In this document: one piece after another, positions 43,104 through 53,203 of the stretch
Numbering within the stretch: position 1 is the stretch's first letter
How the letters are laid out: every line of letters begins with the position of its first letter
DNA from: an uncultured Thermoleophilia bacterium
Lineage (GTDB): Bacteria > Actinomycetota > Thermoleophilia > Gaiellales > F1-60-MAGs149
DNA length: 64,000 bases
Direction of reading: 5' to 3'
Assembly (NCBI GenBank): GCA_963800515.1
Contig: CAWDBC010000006.1
Span: 2,087-66,086 of the forward strand
Notes under the pieces: generated by a model
Seen by the model: only the letters and a program-made list of their open reading frames with translations
Databases searched by the model: none
What the model was told of the DNA's origin: nothing
Position numbers and translations under genes: made by a program

Positions 43104-44224
43104 TCCGGCGCCTCCTGCTCGCGGCGGCGTCGGTGGCGGTCGTCGCCGTGCCGGCGAGCTCCGCCTCGGCGAAGACGGCCTTCGGCGTCATCGACAACAC
43201 CGATTCGTTCCAGAACCCCGCGCAGTTCTGGTCCGACTACTCGGCGCTGCACATGAAGGCCTACCGCGTCGACGCGCTCTGGTCGGACATCGCGCCCGGA
43301 AAGCCCGCCAATCCGCTCGACCCGAACGATCCGGCCTACACGTGGACGACGCTGGACGCGCTCGTGCGCAACGCGGCCGCCCACCACGCGACGGCGAACC
43401 TCGTGATGACGGTCTGGCAGACGCCGAAGTGGGCGTCGCTGTACGGGGGCAAGTACACGAACGTCGACACGTTCCGGCTGAAGGCCATGCCGAGGCCGGC
43501 GGCCTACGCGGACTTCGTCCACGCGATCGCCACCCGCTACTCCGGCCGCTTCATCCCGGCGGGCTCGACGACGCCCCTTCCGGCCGTCCGCAAGTGGCAG
43601 GTCTGGAACGAGCCGAACACGTACCTCGTGCCGTGGCGGGTCGGCGGCAAGTTCGTCGTCGCCTCGAACTACGCGACCCTGCTGCGGGTCGCCTATCCCG
43701 CCTTCAAGGCGGTCTCGAAGAAGAACATCGTCTCGACCGGCGGCTTCGGCCCCTCCGGACAGCATCTCGCCCCGCTCGCGCCCTTCAACTTCATCAAGGC
43801 GCTCGGCAAGCTGAAGCCGAAGCTGGACACGCTCTCCGTGCACGCCTACGGCGGCGTCCCGGGACTCGGCATCCGTGACGGTGCCGCCCTCGGCACGAGG
43901 AAGCCGAACCTGGCCCCCGGCAACTTCAAGGCGTGGATCGCGGTCGCCGACAAGGCCCTGCACCACAGGTACCGGATCTGGGTCACGGAGTTCGGCTGGC
44001 AGACGAATCCCCCGGACCGGCAGTTCGGCGTCAGCTACGTCAAGCAGGCGACGTTCATGAGGAGCATGTTCGCCCTCGTGCGCTCGACGAAGCGGGTGGA
44101 CATCGGCATCTGGTTCCTGATGAAGGACGAGCCCGACATCGCCACCGGCTGGCAGTCGGGCGTCCGCACGGTGACGGGAGCGAAGAAGCCCCTGTACGCC
44201 TACTGGAGGAAGTACGGCCGGTAG
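43100..44224 (+). CDS. Secreted clan GH-A-like glycoside hydrolase (TIM barrel)
   Basis: GTG 43100 overlaps the upstream TGA (GTGA). Signal peptide [24 protein letters not shown]. Acid/base-type WQVWNEPN and nucleophile-type IWVTEFGW motifs. This is the tail of ORF 42155..44224. Confidence 0.75.
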   Translation: MIRRLLLAAASVAVVAVPASSASAKTAFGVIDNTDSFQNPAQFWSDYSALHMKAYRVDALWSDIAPGKPANPLDPNDPAYTWTTLDALVRNAAAHHATANLVMTVWQTPKWASLYGGKYTNVDTFRLKAMPRPAAYADFVHAIATRYSGRFIPAGSTTPLPAVRKWQVWNEPNTYLVPWRVGGKFVVASNYATLLRVAYPAFKAVSKKNIVSTGGFGPSGQHLAPLAPFNFIKALGKLKPKLDTLSVHAYGGVPGLGIRDGAALGTRKPNLAPGNFKAWIAVADKALHHRYRIWVTEFGWQTNPPDRQFGVSYVKQATFMRSMFALVRSTKRVDIGIWFLMKDEPDIATGWQSGVRTVTGAKKPLYAYWRKYGR

Positions 44225-44232
44225 CGCGCCCG

Positions 44233-44276
44233 CCCGAGGGGCTCCGGATCCCGAACGGGATCCGGAGCCCCTCGGG
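44233..44276. terminator. Perfect 20-bp-stem hairpin between convergent genes (bidirectional terminator)
   Basis: CCCGAGGGGCTCCGGATCCC-GAAC-GGGATCCGGAGCCCCTCGGG, between the stops at 44224 (+) and 44309 (-). Confidence 0.8.
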
Positions 44277-44308
44277 CGTCGTGGCGCCTGAGGCCGAGCC
44301 CAGAGGAG

Positions 44309-46099
44309 CTACCGCCGGCGGTGATGGACGACCTCCGCGTCGCCCCCGCCACGGCGGACCGGCTCGGCGGCCGCGGTCATCAGGCCCTTGCCGAGGAAGC
44401 GGATGCCCGTGGCGGCCCCGATCTCGGCGGGCGCGTTCCACCGCTCGCCGAGGGCGAGGAGGCCCGCCGACTGCGGCGAGGCGACGAACGCCGCCTCGAC
44501 GTCGGTGCCCGACGCCGAGTTGCGCTGGCTCGCGCGGGGTGCCGCGATCGCCTGGGGCAGCGTCATGCCGAAGTCGATCTGATCGACGAGCGTCTCGAGG
44601 ACCGTCGTGATGATCGTCGCTCCGCCCGGCGAGCCGAGCGCCTCCCACGGCCGGCCGTTGCGGAAGACGAGAGTCGGGGCGATCGACGAGCGCGGCCGCT
44701 TGCCCGCCTCGGGCGAGTTTGCCGTGCCGGGAGTGAAGTTGAAGTCGGTCAGCTCGTTGTTGAGGAGGAAGCCGTAGCCGGGGACGACGATCCCCGAGCC
44801 GCCGGTCTGTTCGATCGTGAACGTGTAGGAGACGATGTCACCCTTGGCGTCGGCCACCGTCAGATGAGTCGTCGACGGGCCCTCGCGCTCGACCTCCGCT
44901 CCGGGCACCACGCGCGCCGCCGCGCCCTGGAACGGCCAGGGGTCGGCGGGCAGCACCGGAGACGTGGGCGCCGTCGGCCCGATCTGGGTCCGGCGCGCCC
45001 GGGCGAACGCCTTGGAGAGCAGGCCGCCGACCGGGACGCCGACCTGGGCGGGATCGCCGACCCAGCCGCCGCGGTCGGCGAAGGAGATCCGGGACGCCTC
45101 GAGGTAGTCGTAGAGCGCCGTCGTCCGGTCGCCGGACAGCGGCAGGCCCTCCAGGATGTTGAGCGCCTCCCCGACCGTCGTTCCGCCGCTCGACGGCGGC
45201 GCCATCCCGTAGATCGTGTAGCCGCGGTAGGTCGAGGTCGTCGGCTTGCGGACGATCGCCCGGTAGGCCCTCAAGTCCGAGGTGCGGATCAGGCCGGGAC
45301 GCGCGAGGTAGGGGTCCCCCAGCACGAGCGGCGGGTGCTGGGCGGCGGCGACGAGCGCCTTGCCGACGCGTCCGCCGTAGATCGTGGCGACGCCGGAGCG
45401 GGCGATCCGCTGGTAGGTGGCGGCGAGATCGGGGTTCTTCTGGACCGCGCCGACGGGACGCGCCTGCCCGGCCTGGTCGAGGTAGAGCGCGCGCGTGGAC
45501 GTGAAGTGGGCGAAGCGGGCTGCGTTCGCCGCCGTCTGGTCGTGGAAGGTCTGGTCGATCACGAACCCGTTCCTGGCGATCGCGATCGCCGGCTGCAGGA
45601 GCGAGGAGAGGCGCCGCGTCCCGTAGAGGCGGAGCGCCGTCGACCAGGTGGCCGGCGTCCCGGGGACGCCGACGGAGAGGCCGCTCGTGACGGCATCGCT
45701 GAAGGCGAGCGGTTGGCCGGTTCCCGGGTCGAGGAAGCTCGTCGGCGCGAACGACCGCGGGGCCGTCTCGCGGCCGTCGATCGTGACGATCCGGTGCTTG
45801 GCGGCGTCGTAGATCATCATGAAGCCGCCGCCGCCGATCCCCGACGAGTACGGCTCGGTGATGCCGAGAGCCGCGGCCGCGGCGACGGCGGCGTCGACGG
45901 CGTTCCCGCCCGAGCGGAGGACGCGGATCGCGACGCCGGTCGCCAGCGGGTCGACGGAGGCCGCGGCCCCGCCGCGACCCGTCTCGGTCGCATGCTTGGC
46001 GGGCAGCGTGGGCGCGCGCTGGGTCGCCGCGGCCGGCACCGCGGCCCCCGCGAGCGTGACGAGCAGGACGAGCGGCGGCGCGACGGAACGTGGACGCAT
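44309..46099 (-). CDS. ggt: Gamma-glutamyltranspeptidase family protein, secreted
   Basis: ATG at 46099. Signal peptide MRPRSVAPPLVLLVTLAGAAVPAAA. ..GGNAVDAAVAAAAALGITEPYSSGIGGGGFM..DGRETAP..GPSTTHLTVADAKGDIVSYTFTIEQ (autoprocessing Thr)..NNELTDF..LGSPGGATII.. This is the tail of ORF 44309..47023. Confidence 0.9.
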   Translation of the reverse strand: MRPRSVAPPLVLLVTLAGAAVPAAATQRAPTLPAKHATETGRGGAAASVDPLATGVAIRVLRSGGNAVDAAVAAAAALGITEPYSSGIGGGGFMMIYDAAKHRIVTIDGRETAPRSFAPTSFLDPGTGQPLAFSDAVTSGLSVGVPGTPATWSTALRLYGTRRLSSLLQPAIAIARNGFVIDQTFHDQTAANAARFAHFTSTRALYLDQAGQARPVGAVQKNPDLAATYQRIARSGVATIYGGRVGKALVAAAQHPPLVLGDPYLARPGLIRTSDLRAYRAIVRKPTTSTYRGYTIYGMAPPSSGGTTVGEALNILEGLPLSGDRTTALYDYLEASRISFADRGGWVGDPAQVGVPVGGLLSKAFARARRTQIGPTAPTSPVLPADPWPFQGAAARVVPGAEVEREGPSTTHLTVADAKGDIVSYTFTIEQTGGSGIVVPGYGFLLNNELTDFNFTPGTANSPEAGKRPRSSIAPTLVFRNGRPWEALGSPGGATIITTVLETLVDQIDFGMTLPQAIAAPRASQRNSASGTDVEAAFVASPQSAGLLALGERWNAPAEIGAATGIRFLGKGLMTAAAEPVRRGGGDAEVVHHRRR

Positions 46100-46276
46100 T
46101 CCGGTCCCTCCCAGGGTGGTTGGCACGAACGGTCTCACCGGCGGCGACGAGGCGCAAACGCGTGACACGACCTGGCGACGAGGCCACGGGCGGCGCGCGC
46201 CCTCCGCGTTCCCGGGTCCCCCGTCCGGCGGCGCGAGCGACCGACCTCCACGGTCGCGCCAGGTAGTCTGAGCGCG

Positions 46277-47434
46277 ATGCGCAGGTGGCTTCTCGTGGCC
46301 GCGTGCCTCGCCGCGGTCCTGGCGCCGGGAACGGCGACGGCGGCCGATACGACGCAGTTCGGCTTCTTCGACACGACGTACGCGTTCCAGCGGCCGAGCC
46401 GGTTCTGGGCCGACTACCACGCGCTCGGCGCGCAGGCCCTGCGGGTGACGGTCAACTGGGACGCGATCGCGCGACGCAAGCCGAGGCATCCCACCGACCC
46501 TGGCGATCGGGCCTACGACTGGTCGACGCTCGACGTCCTCACGCGCCGCGCGCAGGCCGAGGGGGCGATGGACGGGTTCCTCGGCACGATCTGGACGACG
46601 CCGCTCTGGGCCCGCGACCTGCGTCAGGCGCGGTACGCGGCCGACCCCGCCTCCAACCTCGTGATGCCCAGGCTCGACGCGATGCAGGACTTCCTGACGG
46701 CCCTCGTCACCCGCTACTCGGGGACGTACGTCCCGAAGCACGCGACGACTCCCCTGCCGCGGATCCCCAGCTACCAGATCTGGAACGAGGTCAACTACTA
46801 CCTCTTTCCGTTCAAGGTCCACGGCCGCTTCGTCGTCGCCCGCAACTACGCGTGGATGCTGAAGGCGGCCTACGAGACGATCAAGGAGTACGACCCCTCG
46901 CTGACCGTCGTCACCTCCGGCATCGACCCCCCCGCCTACCCGGCGCAGCCGCCCCTCGCCCCGTACCGCTTCATCGCGGACCTGGCCGGGCGGGGAGCCC
47001 CGTTCGACGTGCTCGCGATGCACGGCTACACGGTGCCCGCCGGCGCCGGCCGGGCCAGGGCCACCTCGAACTACCTGCTGGCCGCGCCCCCCGCGTTCGC
47101 GATCGGCGACATCCGCTCCTTCTCGCGGTTCCTGCAGCGCACGTTCGGCCAGCGCGTGCGCATCTGGATCACCGAGTTCGGCTGGCAGACGAATCCGCCC
47201 GACGAGCGGTCGGGGATCAGCTACGCCGCCCAGGCGCGCCTGCTCCGGCGGGCCATCGCGATGATCAGGAGCTCGGGACGCGTCGAGCGGGCCTACTGGT
47301 TCCTCCTCCGGGACGAGCCGCTCGTCTACTCCGACGGCTCGTCCGCGACCTGGCAGTCCGGGCTGCGCACCGCCGCCGGGACGAAGAAGCCGGGGTTCAA
47401 GGCCTGGGCGTCGATGTTCGCACCGAGCCCCTGA
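46277..47434 (+). CDS. Secreted clan GH-A-like glycoside hydrolase, paralogue of 43100..44224
   Basis: Signal peptide MRRWLLVAACLAAVLAPGTATA. It has the same motif set as the paralogue (YQIWNEVN; [15 protein letters not shown]) and a collinear layout. Confidence 0.75.
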   Translation: MRRWLLVAACLAAVLAPGTATAADTTQFGFFDTTYAFQRPSRFWADYHALGAQALRVTVNWDAIARRKPRHPTDPGDRAYDWSTLDVLTRRAQAEGAMDGFLGTIWTTPLWARDLRQARYAADPASNLVMPRLDAMQDFLTALVTRYSGTYVPKHATTPLPRIPSYQIWNEVNYYLFPFKVHGRFVVARNYAWMLKAAYETIKEYDPSLTVVTSGIDPPAYPAQPPLAPYRFIADLAGRGAPFDVLAMHGYTVPAGAGRARATSNYLLAAPPAFAIGDIRSFSRFLQRTFGQRVRIWITEFGWQTNPPDERSGISYAAQARLLRRAIAMIRSSGRVERAYWFLLRDEPLVYSDGSSATWQSGLRTAAGTKKPGFKAWASMFAPSP

Positions 47435-48536
47435 GCCCCCCGGCGGCCCGCGCGTACGCCGCCTCGACGGCGTCCAGGATCGCCTCCCAGCCGTACAGCT
47501 CGCGCGCGCGGGTCGCCGCCGAGGCGCCCAACCGCTCCAGCGCCTCGGGGGCGGCGAGGAGATCGACGATGGCCGCGGCGAGCGCCGCCGGATCGCCGAT
47601 CGGCACGAGCGCCCCCTCGAGGCCGGGACGGACCCGCGTCGCCAGATCCGCGACGGGCGTCGCGACCACGGCCCGCCCCGCCGCCATCGCCTCCAGGCAG
47701 GCGGCCGCGAAGGACTCCCGGCGGCTCGGCACGACGACGAGCGCGGCGCGGCGGTAGCGATCGGCGAGCGCGGCAGCCGGGAGCCGCCCCGCGAGCTCGA
47801 CGGCGGGGAGCCCGGCGAAGGCGCTCCGGAGGGGGCCGTCGCCGACGACCTCCAGCGTCGCTCCGGCGGCCGCGCGGTGGACGATCGGCCACGCCCGGGC
47901 GAGGACGTCGGCGCCCTTCTCGGGCACGAGCCGGCCCACGTAGAGGATCCGGAGGGGATCGGCGTCGGCGAACGGCGCGGGGACGCCGTCGACGCCCTGC
48001 GAGGGGACGACGGCGACCTCCGCGCGGCCCGTGAGCGCCGTCAGGCGGGCGGCGAGGTCCGGGCTCGGCGCCAGGAGGACGGCGCCGCGGACGGCGGCTC
48101 TCGCGACGCGGGGGAGCCGGCGCAGGAGCGCCACGTCGGAGCCGTGGGCGGTGACCACGAGGGGGCGTCCGGCGGCCCGGGCCGGGAGCGCGGTCGGCAG
48201 CCAGTGCGCATGGGCGACGTCGGCCCACCCTCGCTGGCCATGCGCCGCACGGGCGAGCGCGGCGAGGAGCGCCGGGGCGAGGACGGCCAGCGCCGGCCGC
48301 TCCCGGACGTTGGCGGCGATGCCGGCCCCGTCGGCGAGCCGCTCGAGGCGCCGCGGCGCGTAGCCGACGAAGCGCACGGCGACGCCTCCCTCCTCGCGGT
48401 CGATCGCTCCGGGCGAGCGCGGCGCGAGCACCCGGACCGCGGTCCCCCGACCGGCGAGCCGATGGGCCAATCGCTCGACGAACACGCCGGCCGCGTCGCC
48501 CGGCCGGGCCGGGTAGCTCGTCGTCAGCATCAGCAC
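47397..48536 (-). CDS. Family 4 glycosyltransferase
   Basis: RVLMLTTSYPARPGDAAGVFVERLA..VTAHGSDV..ILYVGRLVPEKG..VVPSRRESFAAACLEAMAAGRAVVAT.. The start is GTG 48536 or ATG 48530. This is the tail of ORF 47397..49271. Confidence 0.85.
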   Translation of the reverse strand: MLMLTTSYPARPGDAAGVFVERLAHRLAGRGTAVRVLAPRSPGAIDREEGGVAVRFVGYAPRRLERLADGAGIAANVRERPALAVLAPALLAALARAAHGQRGWADVAHAHWLPTALPARAAGRPLVVTAHGSDVALLRRLPRVARAAVRGAVLLAPSPDLAARLTALTGRAEVAVVPSQGVDGVPAPFADADPLRILYVGRLVPEKGADVLARAWPIVHRAAAGATLEVVGDGPLRSAFAGLPAVELAGRLPAAALADRYRRAALVVVPSRRESFAAACLEAMAAGRAVVATPVADLATRVRPGLEGALVPIGDPAALAAAIVDLLAAPEALERLGASAATRARELYGWEAILDAVEAAYARAAGGLRGSVRTSTPRP

Positions 48537-48568
48537 CCGCAGTCCGCTCGTGCCGCCTGCCACGCTCG

Positions 48569-48574
48569 TACAAT
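48569..48574 (+). promoter_or_regulatory. -10-like hexamer TACAAT in the 36-nt divergent spacer
   Basis: TACAAT at 48569-48574 overlaps ATG 48573. The in-frame GTG 48582 lies 7 nt after the hexamer, so a leaderless start at 48582 is possible. Confidence 0.3.
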
Positions 48575-50064
48575 GGCCGACGTGGCCGACCTCCCGCGAC
48601 GCAGCGGCCCCTACCGGCGGTCGATCCACCACCTCGACCCGAAGGCCCTGCGGCGCGACATGCGCGCTCACGCGGGGCCGTTCGCGGACCGTCGGCGCCT
48701 GGGCCGCGCGGCGGAGCGCACGCTGGAGGTCGTCGCGCTCCTCGCCCTCGACACGATGGCGGCGGCGATCTCGATCTACGCGGGCGTGATCGCCCACTCC
48801 CTCTTCCGCGGCAACGACCCGCTGCCGGGCCTCGCCTGGAGGGCCGAGGGCGCGTTCCTGCCGTTCGCCTGCGTCGTCCTCTGGCTCGTCTTCCTGAACG
48901 CGGGCCTGTACCTCCCCCGGGACCGCCGTCCGGGCGGCTCGAAGATCATCGCGAGCCTCGCGCTGACGACCATCGTCGTCTCCGGCTTCGGGCTCTCCAC
49001 GGGGGTCAACACGATCCACACCGGCCTCATCTACCCCTTCATCTTCGTCTGCGCGGCCATCGTCACGCCGCTCCTCCGGCAGAGCTTCGACGGCGTCGTC
49101 TGGCTCCTCGAGAACGCCGCCGGGCGGCGCGATCGCATCGTCGTCTGCGGCTCCGGGGACGCGGCGCGGAGCGTCGCCGCGGCCCTCCGGCAGACGAGGG
49201 ACGCCTCGCTGACGCGGATCGTCGCCATCGTCCCGGCCGTGGAGGACGTCCCCGCCGCGCTCGAGGAGCACGAGCCGACGGACCTGGTGCTCGCCTCCCC
49301 GCCCACGGACGCCGTCCTCGCCGAGCTCCTCGACGCGTGCCGCGCGTCGAGCACCCGCCTGCGCTTCGTGCCGACCACCGCCGAGCTGCTGCTGCAGCGC
49401 GCGAGCTTCGTGCCGGGCCAGGTCGTGCCGCTGCTCGAGCTGCGCCCGCCGGTGCTGACGGCCTCGAGTGGGCGGTCAAGCGGACGTTCGACATCGTCGT
49501 CGCGACGATCGTGCTCGTGATCCTCTCGCCGCTGCTCGCGGCGATCGCGCTCGCTGGTGCGGCTCGGCAGCAGCGGGCCGATCATCTACCGCGACCTGCG
49601 CATCGGCGTCGGCGAGGGCGAGTTCGCGATGCTCAAGTTCCGCTCGATGTACAACGACGCCCAGCGAGCGGCAGGCGGCGCTCGAGAGCCAGAACGAGGC
49701 CGACGGCGCGATCTTCAAGATGCGCGACGACCCGCGCGTGACGCCGTTCGGGCGGCTGCTGCGGCGGCTCTCGCTCGACGAGCTGCCGCAGCTCGTGAAC
49801 GTGCTGCGCGGCGAGATGAGCCTCGTCGGGCCGCGGCCGCTGCCGGTGCGCGACTACGACCGGCTGAGCGACTGGCACCGCAAGCGCTACGCGGTGCTGC
49901 CGGGGATCACGGGGCTCTGGCAGATCTCGGGCCGGTCGAACCTCAGCTTCGACGATCTCGTGCGGCTCGACTTCTACTACCTCGAGAACTGGTCGATCTT
50001 CCTCGACATCTCGATCCTCGCGCGCACGCCCCTCGCCGTGGTCTCCGGGCGTGGCGCCTACTGA
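48573..50064 (+). pseudogene. Large WbaP/exopolysaccharide-type polyprenyl-phosphate glycosyl-phosphotransferase, three frameshifts
   Basis: N-terminal TM and CoA-binding-like part in ORF 47877..49520 (MADVADLP....RIVVCGSGDAARSVAAAL..). Then GLEWAVKRTFDIVVATIVLVILSPLLAAIALA (ORF 49337..49741). Then VRLGSSGPIIYRDLRIGVGEGEFAMLKFRSMYNDA (ORF 49557..50213). Then ERQAALESQNEADGAIFKMRDDPRVTPFGRLLRRLSLDELPQLVNVLRGEMSLVGPRP.. (ORF 49468..50064). Switches are near 49460, 49553 and 49663. Confidence 0.85.
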
Positions 50065-51531
50065 GCGCTCCCCTGGCCACGGGCTCAGGGGAGCGACGTG
50101 GATCGCCGTCGCGCAGGTGGTGTTCCTGGCCTGCGGCTACGTCGTCACCGTCGTCTCGGCGCGCATCCTGGCCGGGCACACCGGCGACTACGCGCTCCTC
50201 GGCGTCATCCTGACCGTCCTCTCCCTCGTCAACCTGACGCAGACGCAGGGCGTGCCGAACGCGCTCGCGCAGCGGATCGCGGCCGATCCGGGCTCCGCGG
50301 CCGCCGTCTGGCGGGCGGCGACGGCCGTCCAGTGGCGCGCGTCGGCGGCGGGGGCCGTCCTCCTCGCCGTCCTCGCGCCCGTCCTCGCCCCTGCCCTCGG
50401 CGAGCACCGCCTGCTCGTCGGCCTCCTGCTTGCCGCGCTCGCCGTTCCCGGCTACGGCGCGTTCTCCCAGATCGGCGGCTACCTGCAGGGCCGGCGGTCC
50501 TTCGGCGCCTACGCCGCCACGCTCGGCGGCTACAGCGTCGTCCGGCTCGTGCTCGTGCTCGCCGCGCTGGAGCTCGCCGGCGTCGATGGCGCGGTCGTCG
50601 CGATCGCAGTGGCGCCGCTCGTGATCGTGGCCGCCGCCTGGCGGCTCGTGCCGCACGGCGCCGGTCCTCGGCCGTCCGCCCGCGCGACCTGCTCGCCTTC
50701 TCGGCCGGGTCGGCGGGCCTCGCGATCATGCTGACCGCGCTCCTCTCGGTCGACCTGCTCGTCGTCCGCGGCGCCACCCTCGGCCGCGCGGCCCACGAGG
50801 CGGACCTCTACGCCGCCGCGGAGAACGTCGCCCGCGTCCCGTACTACCTCGCGCTCGCCCTCGCCGCCGTGCTCTTCCCGGCCGCGGCCGCGGCGATCGG
50901 CCGGGCCGACGCCGGCGCCGTGGCGCGGCTCGTCGGCGACGGGATCGAGGGCGCGGTCGTGGTGGTCCTGCCGGTGGCCGCGATCCTCGCCGCCGCCGCC
51001 CACCCGCTCGTCCGGCTCTTCTTCCCCGCCGCCCTCGCGGGGTCCGCCCGCCCGCTCCAGCTCCTCGCGCCCGCGTTCGGGCTGCTCGCCGTCGCCGGCG
51101 TGCTCTCCGCCATCGCCAACGGCGCCGGCCGCCAGGGACAGGCGATGGTCGCGGCCGCGATCGCCGTCGGCATCCAGCTCGCCCTCGGCCTCGTGCTCGC
51201 CCGGCACCACGGCGGGGTCGGAGTCGCCGTCGCGACGCTGATCGCGTGCGCGGCCTGCCTCGCCGGGCAGGCGGCGATCGTCCGCCGCCTCGCCGGGGGC
51301 CGGCTGCACCTCGCCGCCACCCGGCTCGCCCGGGTCGGGATCGCGGGCGCGGCCGCCTTCGCGGTCGCGTCGGTCGACGTGCGCCCGCTCCTCGCGCTGC
51401 CCCTGGCCGCGCTCGCGACCGCCGCCTACGCCGTCCTCGTCGTCGGCCTCCGGGTCGTGCCCCGGCCGCTCCTTCCGCTCGCCGGACGCGTCCTCCCGGC
51501 CCGGCTGCTCGCTGCCGAGAGGGCCCGGTAG
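50051..51531 (+). pseudogene. Wzx-type flippase (MOP superfamily) no. 2, one frameshift
   Basis: Head in ORF 50051..50734 (..LRGATWIAVAQVVFLACGYVVTVVSARILAGHTGDYALLGV..). Tail in ORF 50098..51531 (..RDLLAFSAGSAGLAIMLTALLSVDLLVV..LYAAAENVARVPYYLALALA..). The switch is about 50655-50685. Confidence 0.75.
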
Positions 51532-51541
51532 ACTCCGCGCG

Positions 51542-52500
51542 GTGATCGAGGGCAAGACCCTGTCGGTGGTCGTGCCGGCCCACAACGAGGAGCTCCTGAT
51601 CGGTCGGACCCTCGAGACGATGCCCGACTTCGTCGATCGGGTCTACGTCGTCGACGACCTCTCGACCGACGGGACGGGGGACCGGGTCCGCGAGGCGGCG
51701 ACCGCCGACCCGCGCATCGTCCTGATCCGCCACGAGGCGAACGGCGGCGTCGGGCGGGCGATCGTGACCGGATACAAGGCGGCCCTCGCCGACGGCATGG
51801 AGATGGCCGCCGTGATGGCCGGCGACGCGCAGTGGACCCGGACGAGCTCGAGCACTTCGTCCTGCCCGTCGCCCGCGGCGAGGCCGACTACACGAAGGCG
51901 AACCGGCTGATCACCGGCCAGGCGTTCCAGGAGATCCCCAAGGTCCGCTACTTCGGCAACGCGATCCTCTCGCTGATGACGAAGGTGGCGTCGGGCTACT
52001 GGCACGTCGCCGACTCCCAGGCGGGATACACGGTGATCACGGCCGAGGCCCTGTCGACGATGAGCCTGGACGACCTGTACCCCCGCTACGGCTTCCCGAA
52101 CGACGTGCTCGTGCGGCTGAACGTGGACGCGCGGACGGTCCAGGATCTGCCGTCGAAGCCGATCTACGGCGTCGGCGAGCGGTCGGGGATCCGCCTCTAC
52201 CGGGTCGTCCCGGCGATCGGCTTCCTGCTCTTCCGGCGCTTCTGGTGGAGGATGTGGGCGCGCTACTCGTCCGCGACTTCCATCCCCTCCGTGTTCTTCT
52301 ACGCGATGGGCACGCTGATCACGACGATCGGCCTCGTCCTCGGCGTCTACGGCAGCGTGCGGCGGATCGAGGGACACCAGCTGACGATCCCGACCGTGGT
52401 CCTGATCGCCCTCCTGATCATCTCCGGCTTCCAGTTCCTGCTCTTCGCCATGTGGTTCGACATGGACTACAACCGCGACCGCGACAACCCGCGGCGGTAA
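51542..52500 (+). pseudogene. Family 2 glycosyltransferase (Dpm1/GtrB-like with C-terminal TM helices), one frameshift
   Basis: Head LSVVVPAHNEE..VYVVDDLSTDGT..IRHEANGGVGRAIVTGY..AVMAGDAQ (ORF 51542..51910). Tail MDPDELEHFV..YTKANR..FGNAILSL.. (ORF 51832..52500). The observed GCGCAGTGGACCCG needs CAG-ATG-GAC (family motif GDxQMDP), so one A is missing at 51832/51833. Confidence 0.85.
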
Positions 52501-52516
52501 CGGAAGCGCCCGGGCG

Positions 52517-53139
52517 CTAGGCCGCCGGGTCCAGCTGGAACGAGCCGGTCCGCACGTCGCCCGCCCGCTCGTAGGTGAGCACGAGGGTGCCGGTGCTCGT
52601 CGCGCCGGAGGAGGCGAGGCGGAACGCCGCCGGCGACGTGCCCTCGCCGAAGAGGCGCTTGCCCTCGCCGAGGACGAGCGGGAAGACCAGCAGCCGCAGC
52701 TCGTCGACGAGGCCGTCCGCAGGAGCGTCTGGAGGAGCCCCGCGCTCCCGTGCACCTGCAGCTCGCCGCCGTCCTGCCCCTTGAGGGCCCGGACCGCCTC
52801 GACCACGTCCCCCTCGATCAGCCGCGCCCCCTGCCAGTCGACGCGTTCGAGGGTCGCGAGGCAACGTGCTTCGGCAGCGTGTTCAGCGCCTGCGCGATCG
52901 GGTCCCCGCGGTGGGCACGCGCGGCCAGTGGCCGGCGAAGATCTCGTAGGTGCCCCGCCCGATCAGGAACTCCCCGGCGCCGGAGAACGACTCACGATCT
53001 GGCGGCCCATGTCCTCGTCGGCGTAGGGGACCAGCCAGCCGCCGTGCGCGAAGCCGCCGCTCGGATCCTCGGTCGGACCGCCCGGTGCCTGCATGACCCC
53101 GTCGAGGGTCAGGAACGTGGTGACGGCGAGCTTGCGCAT
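52517..53139 (-). pseudogene. DHFR-fold (RibD_C/YwjB-like) reductase family protein, four separate 1-nt frame losses
   Basis: Family-collinear pieces lie in alternating frames. They are [49 protein letters not shown] | [24 protein letters not shown] | GDPIAQALNTLPKHVASR | TLERVDWQGARLIEGDVVEAVRALKGQDGGELQVHGSAGLLQTLLR | DGLVDELRLLVFPLVLGEGKRLFGEG..LVLTYERA. Switches are near 52993, 52900-52925, 52855 and 52718. Confidence 0.8.
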
Positions 53140-53203
53140 GCGCGGGGTTCCTCCGTTTGGGCCGGCGTGGCGTCGGTGCTTGGACGGCGCGGAGGCGACG
53201 AAG

